Shown piece by piece: positions 7,195 through 17,073 of a stretch of DNA of 17,691 nt. This stretch comes from Candidatus Auribacterota bacterium (GTDB taxonomy: Bacteria > Auribacterota > UBA6266). The translations under genes and the position numbers were made by a program. Numbering within the stretch: position 1 is the first letter of the stretch; every line of letters begins with the position of its first letter. A model generated the notes under the pieces. That model was given only the letters and a program-made list of their open reading frames with translations, was not told where the DNA came from and made no database searches. The stretch covers positions 1 to 17,691 of the forward strand of contig JAGLRQ010000111.1 of assembly GCA_023136205.1 (NCBI GenBank), in the 5' to 3' direction.

Positions 7195-8331
7195 CTATGC
7201 AGTAAGTGAAGAATATAACTCTTCGTGCTTCTTTACCATTAGATTCAAACCAAAGGATTGCTCAACCCTTTCTCTCCCTGCAAATCCTATTTGTTTAGCT
7301 TTTTGTTTATTCCTCAACAAATCAATAATAGCATCAGCCAAACCATTGTAATCCCGTGGCGCAACTAATAAACCAGTTTTTCCATTTACCACCAGTTCAG
7401 AAATTCCCCCAACATCAAAACAAGCTACCGGCTTTCCCATTAGCATAGCTTCAAGATTAACAACTGCCAAAGCTTCACTAAGGGATGAAAGTACCGATAT
7501 ATCCAAATCTACCATTACTTGGGGAATATCAGTTCTATATCCGGTAAAAATTACCTTAGACTCGATACCCAATTCCTTAGCCAAATCTTTCTGTTGCTTT
7601 TTAAGGGGTCCATCTCCTACTATCAGGAATTTCGCATCAGGCATAGATTTTAATACCTCTACAATTGCTTTTAAAAAATACTGATGTGCCTTCTGCGCAT
7701 TAATCCTGCCAACCGTACCTATAAGAGGGGTTTTTTCTCCAATATTATATTCCCTTCTTATTTTACCAATTTCTACATCCTTTCCATACGTATCTAAATC
7801 CAAACCGGCATATATAACTGACATTTTAGATTTTTTTGCTCTTTCTTTGATTATTAGATCATCAGCTATGGCTTTTGATGCGGCTACTATTTTATCAGCG
7901 TACTTAACGGCAATAAAACTATCAACTGCCATATAAAGTTTTCTTACAATCTTCTTAATAGGAAACTCACTTATAGAAAGATGTCTGGTAAAAACAAATG
8001 GAACCTTAGATATTTTCGCAGCAAAGCATCCCAAGAAATCCCTTCGAGGATAATGAGAATGTACAAGATTAATATTTTTTACATTAATTAACTTAACTAA
8101 CTTATAGATGGCAAACATATCAAATTTGCTTGATGTAGAAAATGGGATAACTTCGGCCCCTGCTTTTTTAAAATCATCAGTTAATGGTGCACCAGGTGAA
8201 TACGCAATGATAAATTTAAATCGTTTCCCATCTATTTTCTTTAATAGTGATAGCAACAAAGTTTCTGCCCCTCCAACACCCTTTTTTTCCTCCACACCTG
8301 GAATCAAATGTAATATTTTAACAGTTTGCAC
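7195..8331 (-). CDS. Family 4 (GT-B) glycosyltransferase
   Basis: 378 aa. An E-x7-E motif is present (SEALAVVNLEAMLMGKPVACFDVGGISELVVNGKTGLLV). The GTG start at 8331 is preceded by a strong SD (AAGGAG, 9-nt spacing) and overlaps the upstream gene by 14 nt. Confidence 0.85.
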   Translation of the reverse strand: MQTVKILHLIPGVEEKKGVGGAETLLLSLLKKIDGKRFKFIIAYSPGAPLTDDFKKAGAEVIPFSTSSKFDMFAIYKLVKLINVKNINLVHSHYPRRDFLGCFAAKISKVPFVFTRHLSISEFPIKKIVRKLYMAVDSFIAVKYADKIVAASKAIADDLIIKERAKKSKMSVIYAGLDLDTYGKDVEIGKIRREYNIGEKTPLIGTVGRINAQKAHQYFLKAIVEVLKSMPDAKFLIVGDGPLKKQQKDLAKELGIESKVIFTGYRTDIPQVMVDLDISVLSSLSEALAVVNLEAMLMGKPVACFDVGGISELVVNGKTGLLVAPRDYNGLADAIIDLLRNKQKAKQIGFAGRERVEQSFGLNLMVKKHEELYSSLTA

Positions 8332-9742
8332 CTGTTACTTCTCCTTTCGGTATTTTTGTATTTGTTGTAGCCAAATTTTTTAAAGCCAATATCAATCCCA
8401 GTACTACCCATAAAAACTTTACATGAATAGCAGCCACAAACATAGTTGCTATTAAAAAGCCAATTAAGCTAATTTCTAAAGATTGGGAAAATATGCTTAA
8501 TAGAGAATCTTCCGCTTTAACAAAAATCCGGTGTGCTATCCGTATATCCTTAAATGCAAAAAAGAGCAATAAAAGAAACAAGGTTAATCCAATAATACCG
8601 GTTTCCGAACCAACCTCAATAAAAATATTATGTTGAACGGAAGAACTTTTAGTTTGTATTAATGGTGATGCAAAAGCCCGCGGCCAATACTCTTGATGCC
8701 ACCTTCCAATACCAACACCCAGGAAAGGATGGTCTACCATCATTTGAAAACCTATAATATACCCATCAAGTCTTGACTTTATGCTTGGCCTATTCAAATC
8801 TGTTATTGATTCAACTCTTCGCATATACTTCTGAGGTACAAACGGCAATGCAATTGCAATAATTATTAAAATTGCTACAATTCCAATCAACCTTTTGTTT
8901 TTGTCAACAAATTTCCAAGTGCTCAAAAATAACACAGCAGGCAAAGCAATAAAAACCGCTCTGGAATAACTAAACATTATTCCTAAAATAAACATACCCA
9001 GCATCGAAAAAAGAAACACCTTTAAAAATACTGACTTTACTTTAACTAACAATCCAAAAGCAAACGGAATAAGCAATAACACACTTAAAGCAAATGCATT
9101 TGGACTATTGGAAAATCCAGAAACTCTTATAATACCTTCTCCTGTGTAAACCAGTCCCATTCCGTGAAAACGCTGATAAATTGCGTAAGTAGATGCAAGA
9201 CAACCTAATACCAATAAGCTAACAACCATAACAAAAATATTTTTTCTCGTCTTAGTTAAATTTACAATTAAAAAAAACAATATAAACACCTTAAGCAAAT
9301 CTATATACAAAAAAGAACTTTCCTCCCAATGTAAAAATGAGGAAAAAGATGCAATAAACACAAAACCAAAAAAACACAACAAGGGTCTACTTTTAGGAAT
9401 ATGAAAATCTCTATATATTAAGATATGAAAACCCCATATAAGAAGAATTACAAACGCAGTAATAGTAGTAACATGATATTTTATTAACTGCGGCATAAAT
9501 TGTATCGGATGCACATATGCTGCTGTTATGAGCAACATAGCCCCGATAAAAGGATTAAACAATATTCCAATAGCAACACATATACCCACAAAAAGGGCTA
9601 AAACTATACTATACGGCAAAAATAACAGACTAAGCCCCATCCCCAAAAATGCCACTACTAAAAATACTTTGAGTAAAAAAGGCAACTCAACAAGGGGTTT
9701 TTCTTCTAATAAAATTGAATCTTTTAATCTATCGTTTATCAT
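8318..9742 (-). CDS. wzy: Wzy-type polymerase / O-antigen-ligase-family polytopic membrane protein
   Basis: 474 aa and almost entirely hydrophobic, with 10 or more predicted TM helices. A Wzy_C-like core (MFSYSRAVFIALPAVLFL) and a periplasmic loop (RLDGYIIGFQMMVDHPFLGVGIGRWHQEY) are present. By eye I cannot separate a polymerase from a ligase (WaaL/PglL-like) role. Confidence 0.7.
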   Translation of the reverse strand: MINDRLKDSILLEEKPLVELPFLLKVFLVVAFLGMGLSLLFLPYSIVLALFVGICVAIGILFNPFIGAMLLITAAYVHPIQFMPQLIKYHVTTITAFVILLIWGFHILIYRDFHIPKSRPLLCFFGFVFIASFSSFLHWEESSFLYIDLLKVFILFFLIVNLTKTRKNIFVMVVSLLVLGCLASTYAIYQRFHGMGLVYTGEGIIRVSGFSNSPNAFALSVLLLIPFAFGLLVKVKSVFLKVFLFSMLGMFILGIMFSYSRAVFIALPAVLFLSTWKFVDKNKRLIGIVAILIIIAIALPFVPQKYMRRVESITDLNRPSIKSRLDGYIIGFQMMVDHPFLGVGIGRWHQEYWPRAFASPLIQTKSSSVQHNIFIEVGSETGIIGLTLFLLLLFFAFKDIRIAHRIFVKAEDSLLSIFSQSLEISLIGFLIATMFVAAIHVKFLWVVLGLILALKNLATTNTKIPKGEVTGANC

Positions 9743-9755
9743 TTTTTCTATTCTT

Positions 9756-10931
9756 TTATTTTTTATATAAATCTATAAATACTTGTGCTGCATCAAGATA
9801 AGAGTGATTCTTCAAGACATAATTAGAGGCATTGCCAACAATTTCGGTTCTAAAATTTTCATTATCGGAAAGTTTTAAAATGCTTTCTGCAATATGCTCA
9901 CTTGATTTTTCAGGTGTTAGTATGCCAGTTTTCTTATTTTCTATTATCTCTGCAAGCCCTCCTATATTGGAAGCAATTACAGGAACTTGTGCTGACATTG
10001 CCTCCAGTACAGATAAAGACGTCGCTTCTATGTACCCTTTTACATTTATAGACGGGACCAACACTATGTCCGCCATCTTATAAAATTTAACCATCTCTTT
10101 ATATTCTACGCTTCCCTTTAAAACAACATCTCCCTGGAGATTTTTTGTTTGAATATAATTATTTAAGTTATCCTTCTCAGGACCATCTCCTACAATTAAA
10201 AATAAGAAATTATTTCTATTATATTTTTTCTTTAGGATTTCGGATGCTTTAACAGCATATATAATTCCACACTTCAAAACCAATCTTCGCGGCACAAGAA
10301 TTAGCTTTCTCCCCGTGTCTATTTTAAGTTCTCTTCTTATCTTTTTCTTATCTAAAGAATCTATCTCTTTTTGAAAAGACTTTACATCCATAAAATTTTG
10401 AATGACTGATAATTTTTGCTCGGCTGCCAGCGCTAACTTTTCAACATGATTTTTTAACCTTGTATCAACAGCAACAACACAATCGGCACTTTCATATGCT
10501 TTTTTTTCCATTTTCAAAAAATGGTTTCTCTCGAAACTGCCTTTTATATGCCCTGCAGATTCCATTTCTTGCGCTAACTCTCCATGAACAGTCAAAGCTA
10601 TAGGAACTTTCTTTTTCATTTCAAAAATTGAGAAAAATGCAACTATATCTTCTGCATTAATAACATCAATTTCCTTTGTTTTACAATATTTGCTAATCAA
10701 ACATTTTAATATGTTTTTTATGATAAATTGCCGGTAAATAATACCAATATTGAATAAATCTAAAATTTTACCGACACCACCTATTAATAACTTTGTAAAT
10801 AAATTTCTGTAGGGAAATATAACTCCTACAGAATGTCCCGCTTCCTCAAGACCTTTTTTAAGCATAAGGATATGTGTGGTTTTACCACCTATCTGAGAAT
10901 AATAATCTGCACCAACTATCAGGATGTTCAT
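9756..10931 (-). CDS. Family 4 (GT-B) glycosyltransferase
   Basis: 391 aa. The N-terminus is ILIVGADYYSQIGGKTTHILML. An E-x7-E motif is present (IEATSLSVLEAMSAQVPVIASNIGGLAEIIENKKTGIL). Confidence 0.85.
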   Translation of the reverse strand: MNILIVGADYYSQIGGKTTHILMLKKGLEEAGHSVGVIFPYRNLFTKLLIGGVGKILDLFNIGIIYRQFIIKNILKCLISKYCKTKEIDVINAEDIVAFFSIFEMKKKVPIALTVHGELAQEMESAGHIKGSFERNHFLKMEKKAYESADCVVAVDTRLKNHVEKLALAAEQKLSVIQNFMDVKSFQKEIDSLDKKKIRRELKIDTGRKLILVPRRLVLKCGIIYAVKASEILKKKYNRNNFLFLIVGDGPEKDNLNNYIQTKNLQGDVVLKGSVEYKEMVKFYKMADIVLVPSINVKGYIEATSLSVLEAMSAQVPVIASNIGGLAEIIENKKTGILTPEKSSEHIAESILKLSDNENFRTEIVGNASNYVLKNHSYLDAAQVFIDLYKK

Positions 10932-10937
10932 AACTAG

Positions 10938-11900
10938 TTATGTGTTCTCCTCTGGCGAGCTTAAATTTTTTATACCTGTTTTTTTCAATCGCTGACAGCC
11001 ACCCGCTAACCATCCACAAATCTGGGAAATTTCTATTAAAGAAACTAAGCCTAAAGCTCTAAATGAATACCGAGGATATCTTTTACACGTACGTAACACA
11101 AAAAATAGTACTCCCCCAGCAAATAAAAACCAAAAAAGCTGGTACTTGAACCCCAATACAAAAACCAACACTCCTATTGCATATTTTTTAAATATAAGAC
11201 CTAAATAACGCATAGTAAATATTCCTGCTTCACCATCACCCTTTGAATACAAATAGTATTGTCTAAACAAGTTTTTTACATTTGATCTTACTCTCCAATA
11301 TACTACTGCTTTTGGAGCAAAGGCAAATTTACATCCAGCTTTCTTCAAATTCAAATCGAATAATGTATCCTCTGCGGTTAAAGTAAGCTGTTCAGGATAC
11401 CCCCCAACTTTATCCCATGCAAACTTTTTGAATGCTATTGACCGAGCAGATGGCAAAAATTCATCCAAATTCTCTAAAACCCTTTCTATTTTAGGATAAG
11501 TCACTTCAGCAATACTTTTCTCAAATTCATTTCTCGCATCTGCCTCATACCACCCAGACACCACATCCACACTCTGATCTTCTTCAAAAGGTTTTATCAA
11601 ATACTTTAACCAATCTTTATCAATTCTACATCCAGCATCTGTTGATGCGATTATGTCATAGTTTGAATTTTTGATTGCGATGTTCCTTCCTTCTGCAATA
11701 TTTACACCATTTTTAACAATTAATCTTATTGAATTTGCCTTATTAATATACGATTTGATAATTTCAACAGTTTTATCTGTGGAACCACCATCTACAACAA
11801 CAATCTCATCTGGCAATCTTGATTGAGACAGCAACGATTCCAAAAATTCTCTAATGTTAGATTCTTCGTTTTTTAGAGTAAAAATCAAGGAAACTTTCAT
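10938..11900 (-). CDS. Family 2 glycosyltransferase with C-terminal membrane anchor
   Basis: 320 aa. GT2 motifs are present (VSLIFTLKNEESNIREFLESLLSQ; IVVVDGGSTDKTVEII; IASTDAGCRIDKDW), with 2-3 hydrophobic helices at the C-terminus. The SD AGGAAG lies 10 nt upstream of the ATG. Confidence 0.8.
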   Translation of the reverse strand: MKVSLIFTLKNEESNIREFLESLLSQSRLPDEIVVVDGGSTDKTVEIIKSYINKANSIRLIVKNGVNIAEGRNIAIKNSNYDIIASTDAGCRIDKDWLKYLIKPFEEDQSVDVVSGWYEADARNEFEKSIAEVTYPKIERVLENLDEFLPSARSIAFKKFAWDKVGGYPEQLTLTAEDTLFDLNLKKAGCKFAFAPKAVVYWRVRSNVKNLFRQYYLYSKGDGEAGIFTMRYLGLIFKKYAIGVLVFVLGFKYQLFWFLFAGGVLFFVLRTCKRYPRYSFRALGLVSLIEISQICGWLAGGCQRLKKTGIKNLSSPEENT

Positions 11901-11988
11901 ACCGTTATCTTCCTACTACTTTTATAGCCACAAAACTTTTTCTATAACAATTTAAATAGAAATGTAGATGTTTATCCAAAAATTCCCA

Positions 11989-13200
11989 CTATTCAAAATA
12001 TTTGTTTTCCAATAACAACCGGGCCATTTTAGCGTTTAGCAATGCTTTACTCTTTAAATCTTTTGTTTTTGTTATAATTTCTCTTTTAAGTTCCTGCCTC
12101 TTTAACCAAACAGACTCTATGTTTTTTGTTATTTCTTCCAAATTTATATCTTTATCCTCCCACGAAATCCCATCTCCAATATCTACAGAAAATCTTATTT
12201 GATTTATTTTTCTCAAAAAAGAATCTGATTTGTGTTGATACACAATACCAACTAAAGGAACACCCATTGCAGCAGCAAGAATAAGTGTATGACATCTCAT
12301 CCCAATTATCATATCCATTTGTCCCATAATCCCCATTAATTCCTGTGGGTTATAACTACCATTAATAACTTTCACTCTATCCTGATTTTTTACATCTTTT
12401 ATTAAGTCAAGTGAAAAATCTTTATCTCTTGGTAAAAACATTGGTATAAAAACAACACCAACATTTAATTTTGAAATTACAAAATTTATCAATTCAGGCC
12501 ACAATTTTTTAAATTTTTTAAATTTAGTTTGTTGATTTGGCCAATATTTCATATTAAGAAACATCGGCCAAATGGAAATCCCAATTAAATAATTATTCGT
12601 ATCAACTTTTTCTCCTTTTAATATTTCGATTGTTCTATTGGAAACTACAGGTCTTAATAAAACTGCTGGATCTGCTGTTACATGTATTTCCCTTTTTACC
12701 CCTGCCTTCTGCAACCATATCTTAGATTCATTATCTCGTACAGTAATAACATTTGTACAATTATTGAGAATACATCTTGTCATAAATTTTCCCATTTTAG
12801 TTTCTATAGGCCCAGCACCAACTGCATAAATCATCACCTTTTTTTTAAATATTTTCGCCACTACTGCTTGCCACAACCACTGAAAAATGACGAAAGACGA
12901 TTGCCAATCACTCAATAAACCCCCTCCACCAATAATCAACAAGTTTGAACTTTTTATTTCCTTTATTATTTGAAAAAACATCCCCTTGAAAACTGCAGAA
13001 ACAAGAGGCAAAAATCCAAAATACAATTGGCGCACGGCTCTTACATTGTGAATTTTTGTTGTATACAATGGATCAATCGAAAAGATAACAATATCAACAT
13101 CTTTGATTTCAGTTTTTAAAGCTGATATCATAGCTGATAAAATTGCTTCATCCCCAGCATTTTTATAACCATAAAAACCTAAAATACTAATTCTTATCAT
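11989..13200 (-). CDS. Polysaccharide pyruvyl transferase (PS_pyruv_trans family; N-terminus closer to CsaB than to WcaK as I recall them)
   Basis: 403 aa. The N-terminus MIRISILGFYGYKNAGDEAILSAMISALK matches the GxxNxGDEAxL signature of pyruvyl transferases. Later blocks include LLIIGGGGLL and RCHTLILAAAMGVP. Confidence 0.8.
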   Translation of the reverse strand: MIRISILGFYGYKNAGDEAILSAMISALKTEIKDVDIVIFSIDPLYTTKIHNVRAVRQLYFGFLPLVSAVFKGMFFQIIKEIKSSNLLIIGGGGLLSDWQSSFVIFQWLWQAVVAKIFKKKVMIYAVGAGPIETKMGKFMTRCILNNCTNVITVRDNESKIWLQKAGVKREIHVTADPAVLLRPVVSNRTIEILKGEKVDTNNYLIGISIWPMFLNMKYWPNQQTKFKKFKKLWPELINFVISKLNVGVVFIPMFLPRDKDFSLDLIKDVKNQDRVKVINGSYNPQELMGIMGQMDMIIGMRCHTLILAAAMGVPLVGIVYQHKSDSFLRKINQIRFSVDIGDGISWEDKDINLEEITKNIESVWLKRQELKREIITKTKDLKSKALLNAKMARLLLENKYFE

Positions 13201-13211
13201 TCAAATTCCTA

Positions 13212-14498
13212 CTATGGATTTTTTATTATTTTAAAATAAATATATCTACTAATATAAAATGCTGCCACAATTCTAATCAATAAAGTAACACTTGCTGCGC
13301 CAACAGCACCATATAGTGGTATCAAAAATATGTTTCCTAAAAAATTTAAAATTAATTGTACTATATTTAAATATGCTACAACCTCCGGTTTATTCAATGA
13401 ATAAATAGCTAAGCTAATTGGATTAATTATTACACTAATTGCAAAAGCACAAATAAGAACTTTAAAAATAACCACTGATGATAAATATTCTACTCCATAA
13501 AGCCATAGTATTATAGGTTTCGATGCCACCAAAAGAATGATTAGAGGAAATATAATCGGTGCTGTAAACTTTAAGGATTTCACAGTATACTTTCTTAACT
13601 GTTCTTTACTAGAAACCCCTGAAAATTTTGGCAGCAACACAGTAGTAACCGCTCCTGTTATAAGAGGAAAAATAAAAGCAAAAGCGTAGGCTGCTGAATA
13701 ATATCCTATAATTTCGGTGGTTTTAAAATACCCTAGCATCAGAACATCAAGTTTATTAAACAGCATTACACAAAAAACGGAAACTAAAACCCACTTGCTG
13801 TAGTGAAATAGCTCGTAAAAATTTTTTCTTTCCTCTCCTTTTGCTTTCAAAAAAGCCTTTGGTATCATTAAAGAACCAATCAAAAATGCAATAAATGGCA
13901 ATGTTGCAACTGTTGTAAAAGCACTAAAAAGATCAAGTTTGGAACTTAAAAATAATAAACCAATCAAGACAAATTTTCCCAATGGATTTATTAAATTAAG
14001 TAATGCCAACTTTTTAAATGACTGCCTTGCCTGCAGTGTAGCAGCAATATAACTTACCAACGACATTCCAAACGCGCCGACAAAAGCAAGTTTTAACGGA
14101 AATGTTAGTATTGGTTTTTCAAAAACATGAACTGCTAAAGATTTAGATAGAAAAATTCCAATCAAAAATATCAACAAGGCTGCAATTAATTTAAACTTAA
14201 GAGCTACTTTTAATGTCAAATTTGCTTTTGATTCATCATCCTTGAGATACAAAGAAACAAATCTAACTAAACTGGTCCTAATACCAAAATCAGAGAATTG
14301 CGCAGTTATTAGCATGACTGCTAACGAAACGGAAAATACACCAAATTGTGCTGGACCCAAAGTTCTTGTAATTAAAATAGTAGCAAGAAACCCTAATCCT
14401 GAACTAAATACACTGCCGGCAAGAACTATAAAAGAATCTTTTCCTGTTTTCGATTTTGATATACGAATAAATTCCGAAATATTTTCTGTTACTTTCAT
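13212..14498 (-). CDS. wzx: Wzx-type oligosaccharide flippase (MOP superfamily, polysaccharide biosynthesis protein)
   Basis: 428 aa with about 12 hydrophobic helices. The N-terminal pattern SFIVLAGSVFSSGLGFLATILITRTLGPAQFGVF is typical of Polysacc_synt flippases. Confidence 0.8.
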   Translation of the reverse strand: MKVTENISEFIRISKSKTGKDSFIVLAGSVFSSGLGFLATILITRTLGPAQFGVFSVSLAVMLITAQFSDFGIRTSLVRFVSLYLKDDESKANLTLKVALKFKLIAALLIFLIGIFLSKSLAVHVFEKPILTFPLKLAFVGAFGMSLVSYIAATLQARQSFKKLALLNLINPLGKFVLIGLLFLSSKLDLFSAFTTVATLPFIAFLIGSLMIPKAFLKAKGEERKNFYELFHYSKWVLVSVFCVMLFNKLDVLMLGYFKTTEIIGYYSAAYAFAFIFPLITGAVTTVLLPKFSGVSSKEQLRKYTVKSLKFTAPIIFPLIILLVASKPIILWLYGVEYLSSVVIFKVLICAFAISVIINPISLAIYSLNKPEVVAYLNIVQLILNFLGNIFLIPLYGAVGAASVTLLIRIVAAFYISRYIYFKIIKNP

Positions 14499-14615
14499 AA
14501 CTTTTCTTTAACAACCACAATAATCATGCAAATTAGGTTTCTTTTAAAACTAAAAAACCAAAACCCACTAAACTGGATTCTGGAAAAGCGTGACTTGATG
14601 AATTATTTCTCCCAA

Positions 14616-15437
14616 TTACAGATGGCGATGGATATACTCAGGGATATGATACTCAACACCAGTTAAAACATAGCCCAGTATCCTCGATTGTACACCAGTT
14701 AGAATAGATTCTACGCGCTGAACCACTTCCCTGCGTGTTCCGCCAGACTTCACTATCAATAACATTCCATCAACGAGAGGAGCTAGAATTTTCGCATCAG
14801 CATAAGGCATTACAGCGGGAGTATCAAAAATCACATAATCGAAATTATCTCTTAACTCTTTTAATAAATTTTGCATTCTCGCGGACGCAAGTATTTGAGA
14901 AGGATTCGAAGAAATCATCCCGGCAGGAAGGATACTTAAGTTCTTTACACCAGTTTGTATTAGTTCAACATTAAAGGGAACATCATCTCTTAAAATATTG
15001 CTTAAGCCCTCTTCCGCCTTTATACCCATAAATCTATGAACAGAAGGACTGCGCATATTGCAATCCACAATCAGGGTTTGTTTACTAAAATTGCGCGCCA
15101 TCACAACACCTAAATTTAACGCGGTAACAGTTTTCCCTTCACATGGGTGAGCACTCGTTACAGCCAGGGTTTTGATCTCAGATGTTGTATCAAGAGACAT
15201 TATATGCATAAGAAGCGTGCGATACTCTTCCACTATTTTTCCATTACCGTTATAATACGCGATTACCCGCGGGTCAATATGATTCGCAACTATTTCTTCA
15301 GCAACAGCAGTATTGTTCTCAGGAAGAAACTCAGTTTTCACTTCAAATTCAGGATCAGTTGATAAATTTTCCTTGCTTAAATTCTCTTTCCTCATCTCCG
15401 CAGCTTTTTTTAACGCGTCACTAAGATTAGCTGTCAT
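14616..15437 (-). CDS. BY-kinase-type P-loop ATPase (polysaccharide co-polymerase tyrosine autokinase, stand-alone cytoplasmic subunit)
   Basis: 273 aa. Walker A is SAHPCEGKTVTALNLG, Walker A' is LIVDCNMRSP and Walker B is DYVIFDTPAV. The C-terminal tail GYVLTGVEYHIPEYIHRHL has only three Tyr, a weak Y-cluster. The SD GGAGAA lies 10 nt upstream of the ATG. Confidence 0.85.
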   Translation of the reverse strand: MTANLSDALKKAAEMRKENLSKENLSTDPEFEVKTEFLPENNTAVAEEIVANHIDPRVIAYYNGNGKIVEEYRTLLMHIMSLDTTSEIKTLAVTSAHPCEGKTVTALNLGVVMARNFSKQTLIVDCNMRSPSVHRFMGIKAEEGLSNILRDDVPFNVELIQTGVKNLSILPAGMISSNPSQILASARMQNLLKELRDNFDYVIFDTPAVMPYADAKILAPLVDGMLLIVKSGGTRREVVQRVESILTGVQSRILGYVLTGVEYHIPEYIHRHL

Positions 15438-15453
15438 AACTTATTTTCTCCGG

Positions 15454-17070
15454 TTATTCTGTCTCTACATTATTTGAAACAGATGTTCTGATTATCTCTT
15501 GTGTTATCTTTCTATCCTGAATACATGAATTTATGGACACCATTATAATAAAAACTAAAAATAAAATGGCTATTACTGCTACAATTTTTTTGTGCCGAAC
15601 CCTGCCGTTTTGCATCTCTTTATCCAACTCTATCTTAGAGATAGAACCCAAAATAGGAAGTTTCATATATTTTCTTACGTCTTCAACTCCATGCAAAGAA
15701 TGATCCGCAAATTCTGTTAAAAATACACAACCAAAACCTGAAAGAGTTCCAATGACAAAAGCCACAATGGCTATCAGCAGTTTTTTTGGCTTTGAGGGCT
15801 GAAGAGGCAAACGGGCATCTTCTAATATCTCATACACAGTCCCCTTTTCTTTTACCTCATCGGCAGTTAACCTGTTTTCCTCCGCTTTTATAAGAAGCAT
15901 ATCGTATATTTTTTTATTTACCTGGCTGTCTCTGAATAGCCGAACATACTCCATCTGTTGTTCATCAAGACTTTTAATTTTATCTTCATATTCTTTAACC
16001 AGGTTTATTAGCTTCTCTTTTCTGACATTCAATTTATCAACAAGTTCATGAGCATCTTTAAGTTTCTGTTCCAGTCTCTGGTAAAAAAGCGGGGCGGTCA
16101 CAGCAGTTTCGCCATCTACCACTTTCTTGGTTTCTAAATTCAACTTTTCGCTGACATCTTCAATTTCCAGTTGAACATTCAGAACCTCGGGTGATTCCGG
16201 TGTTTCCGTCATAAGCATATCCAATTTCAACTGCAAATCCTGAAGCTTATTATTTAAACGGTTTACTATAGGGTTTAAAGTTATAAGTTCTTCGGTAATT
16301 ATTACTGGTTCCTGTCCTGATATCTGCCTCTTTAGAATCTCCACTTCCTTCTCTGACTCATTCAAAGCCATATTAATGGAAGTAAGCTGAGTCTGATAAT
16401 TAATCAGCATTTTTATATTAAAATCCTCCCCTGTCCCGGGTAGTTGGAGGGGATACTTTTTCTTATACTCATACAGAGTTTTTTCGGATTCCTCGAGCTT
16501 CTTTTTATAAAGGTCAGCTTCTGACTCAGCAAAAGCAACTCCTACTAAAGCTCTCCTCTTCTTTCTGGCAGATGATTCTTCTATAAAAATCCTGATAAGA
16601 GTATTAATTAGGCTTTGTGACAATTGCGGGTTTTTATCTTCATAAGATATCTCAAAGACTTCAGGAGCTCTCATCTTTGTTTCTGTGCGTTTCTGGATAC
16701 CTGAGATAAGTTTCTCAAAAGCTAAGGGATCGTTAATACCGCTAGCTAATCCCAGATCTCTAACCAGCCTAATCAAATTGGGATAATTGAGGATTTTAAA
16801 GGTAAGTGTCTGCATCTGCTCCGCCAGAGATACTTTTTGTGCTGTTTGCGGCAGCCTCGTTTCCCTCGCCAGAGGATTTACAACCTCTGCTTCTTCCTCT
16901 ACCAGCATTAACACAGACGACTTATAATACCTCGGAAGGAAAAAACTGCCAATCAATGCGGTTAAAAAAACAACCAAAAAAGGGACCAGGAAGGAACTTT
17001 TTCTGCGGAATATAATCTGAAGATAATCCTTTATTGAAACAACATGTTCTTTTTCAGAAAAATCGGCCAT
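15454..17070 (-). CDS. Polysaccharide chain-length determinant (Wzz/GumC/EpsF-type polysaccharide co-polymerase)
   Basis: 538 aa. The N-terminal Wzz block is YLQIIFRRKSSFLVPFLVVFLTALIGSFFLPRYYKSSVLMLV. A long charged coiled-coil periplasmic region follows, then PLQPSKPKKLLIAIVAFVIGTLSGFGCVFLTEFADHS (TM2) and the kinase-activating-like segment VEDVRKYMKLPILGSISK. An extra hydrophobic helix sits near the C-terminus. Confidence 0.85.
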   Translation of the reverse strand: MADFSEKEHVVSIKDYLQIIFRRKSSFLVPFLVVFLTALIGSFFLPRYYKSSVLMLVEEEAEVVNPLARETRLPQTAQKVSLAEQMQTLTFKILNYPNLIRLVRDLGLASGINDPLAFEKLISGIQKRTETKMRAPEVFEISYEDKNPQLSQSLINTLIRIFIEESSARKKRRALVGVAFAESEADLYKKKLEESEKTLYEYKKKYPLQLPGTGEDFNIKMLINYQTQLTSINMALNESEKEVEILKRQISGQEPVIITEELITLNPIVNRLNNKLQDLQLKLDMLMTETPESPEVLNVQLEIEDVSEKLNLETKKVVDGETAVTAPLFYQRLEQKLKDAHELVDKLNVRKEKLINLVKEYEDKIKSLDEQQMEYVRLFRDSQVNKKIYDMLLIKAEENRLTADEVKEKGTVYEILEDARLPLQPSKPKKLLIAIVAFVIGTLSGFGCVFLTEFADHSLHGVEDVRKYMKLPILGSISKIELDKEMQNGRVRHKKIVAVIAILFLVFIIMVSINSCIQDRKITQEIIRTSVSNNVETE

Positions 17071-17073
17071 TGC

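Noticed and set aside
1787-12846. Numerous A8/T8 runs (e.g. 1787-1794, 5915-5922, 12839-12846), and the G6 at 17337-17342, as phase-variation tracts
   Set aside because: A/T runs of 7-8 are expected by chance in DNA of about 30% GC and are scattered without pattern. G6 is below the lengths usually associated with slippage. Only the G8 at 1370-1377 stands out.
14499-14615. Internal promoter or terminator in the 117-bp gap between the kinase and wzx genes
   Set aside because: I found only weak -10-like (TAATTT) and -35-like hexamers with poor spacing on the minus strand, and no stable stem-loop followed by a U-run. The gap is noted only as a module and GC boundary.
15360-15389. Tandem KENLS-KENLS duplication near the kinase N-terminus
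   Set aside because: The two 15-nt units match at only about 10 of 15 positions. The repeat lies in a poorly conserved, charged N-terminal leader. There is no evidence of function.
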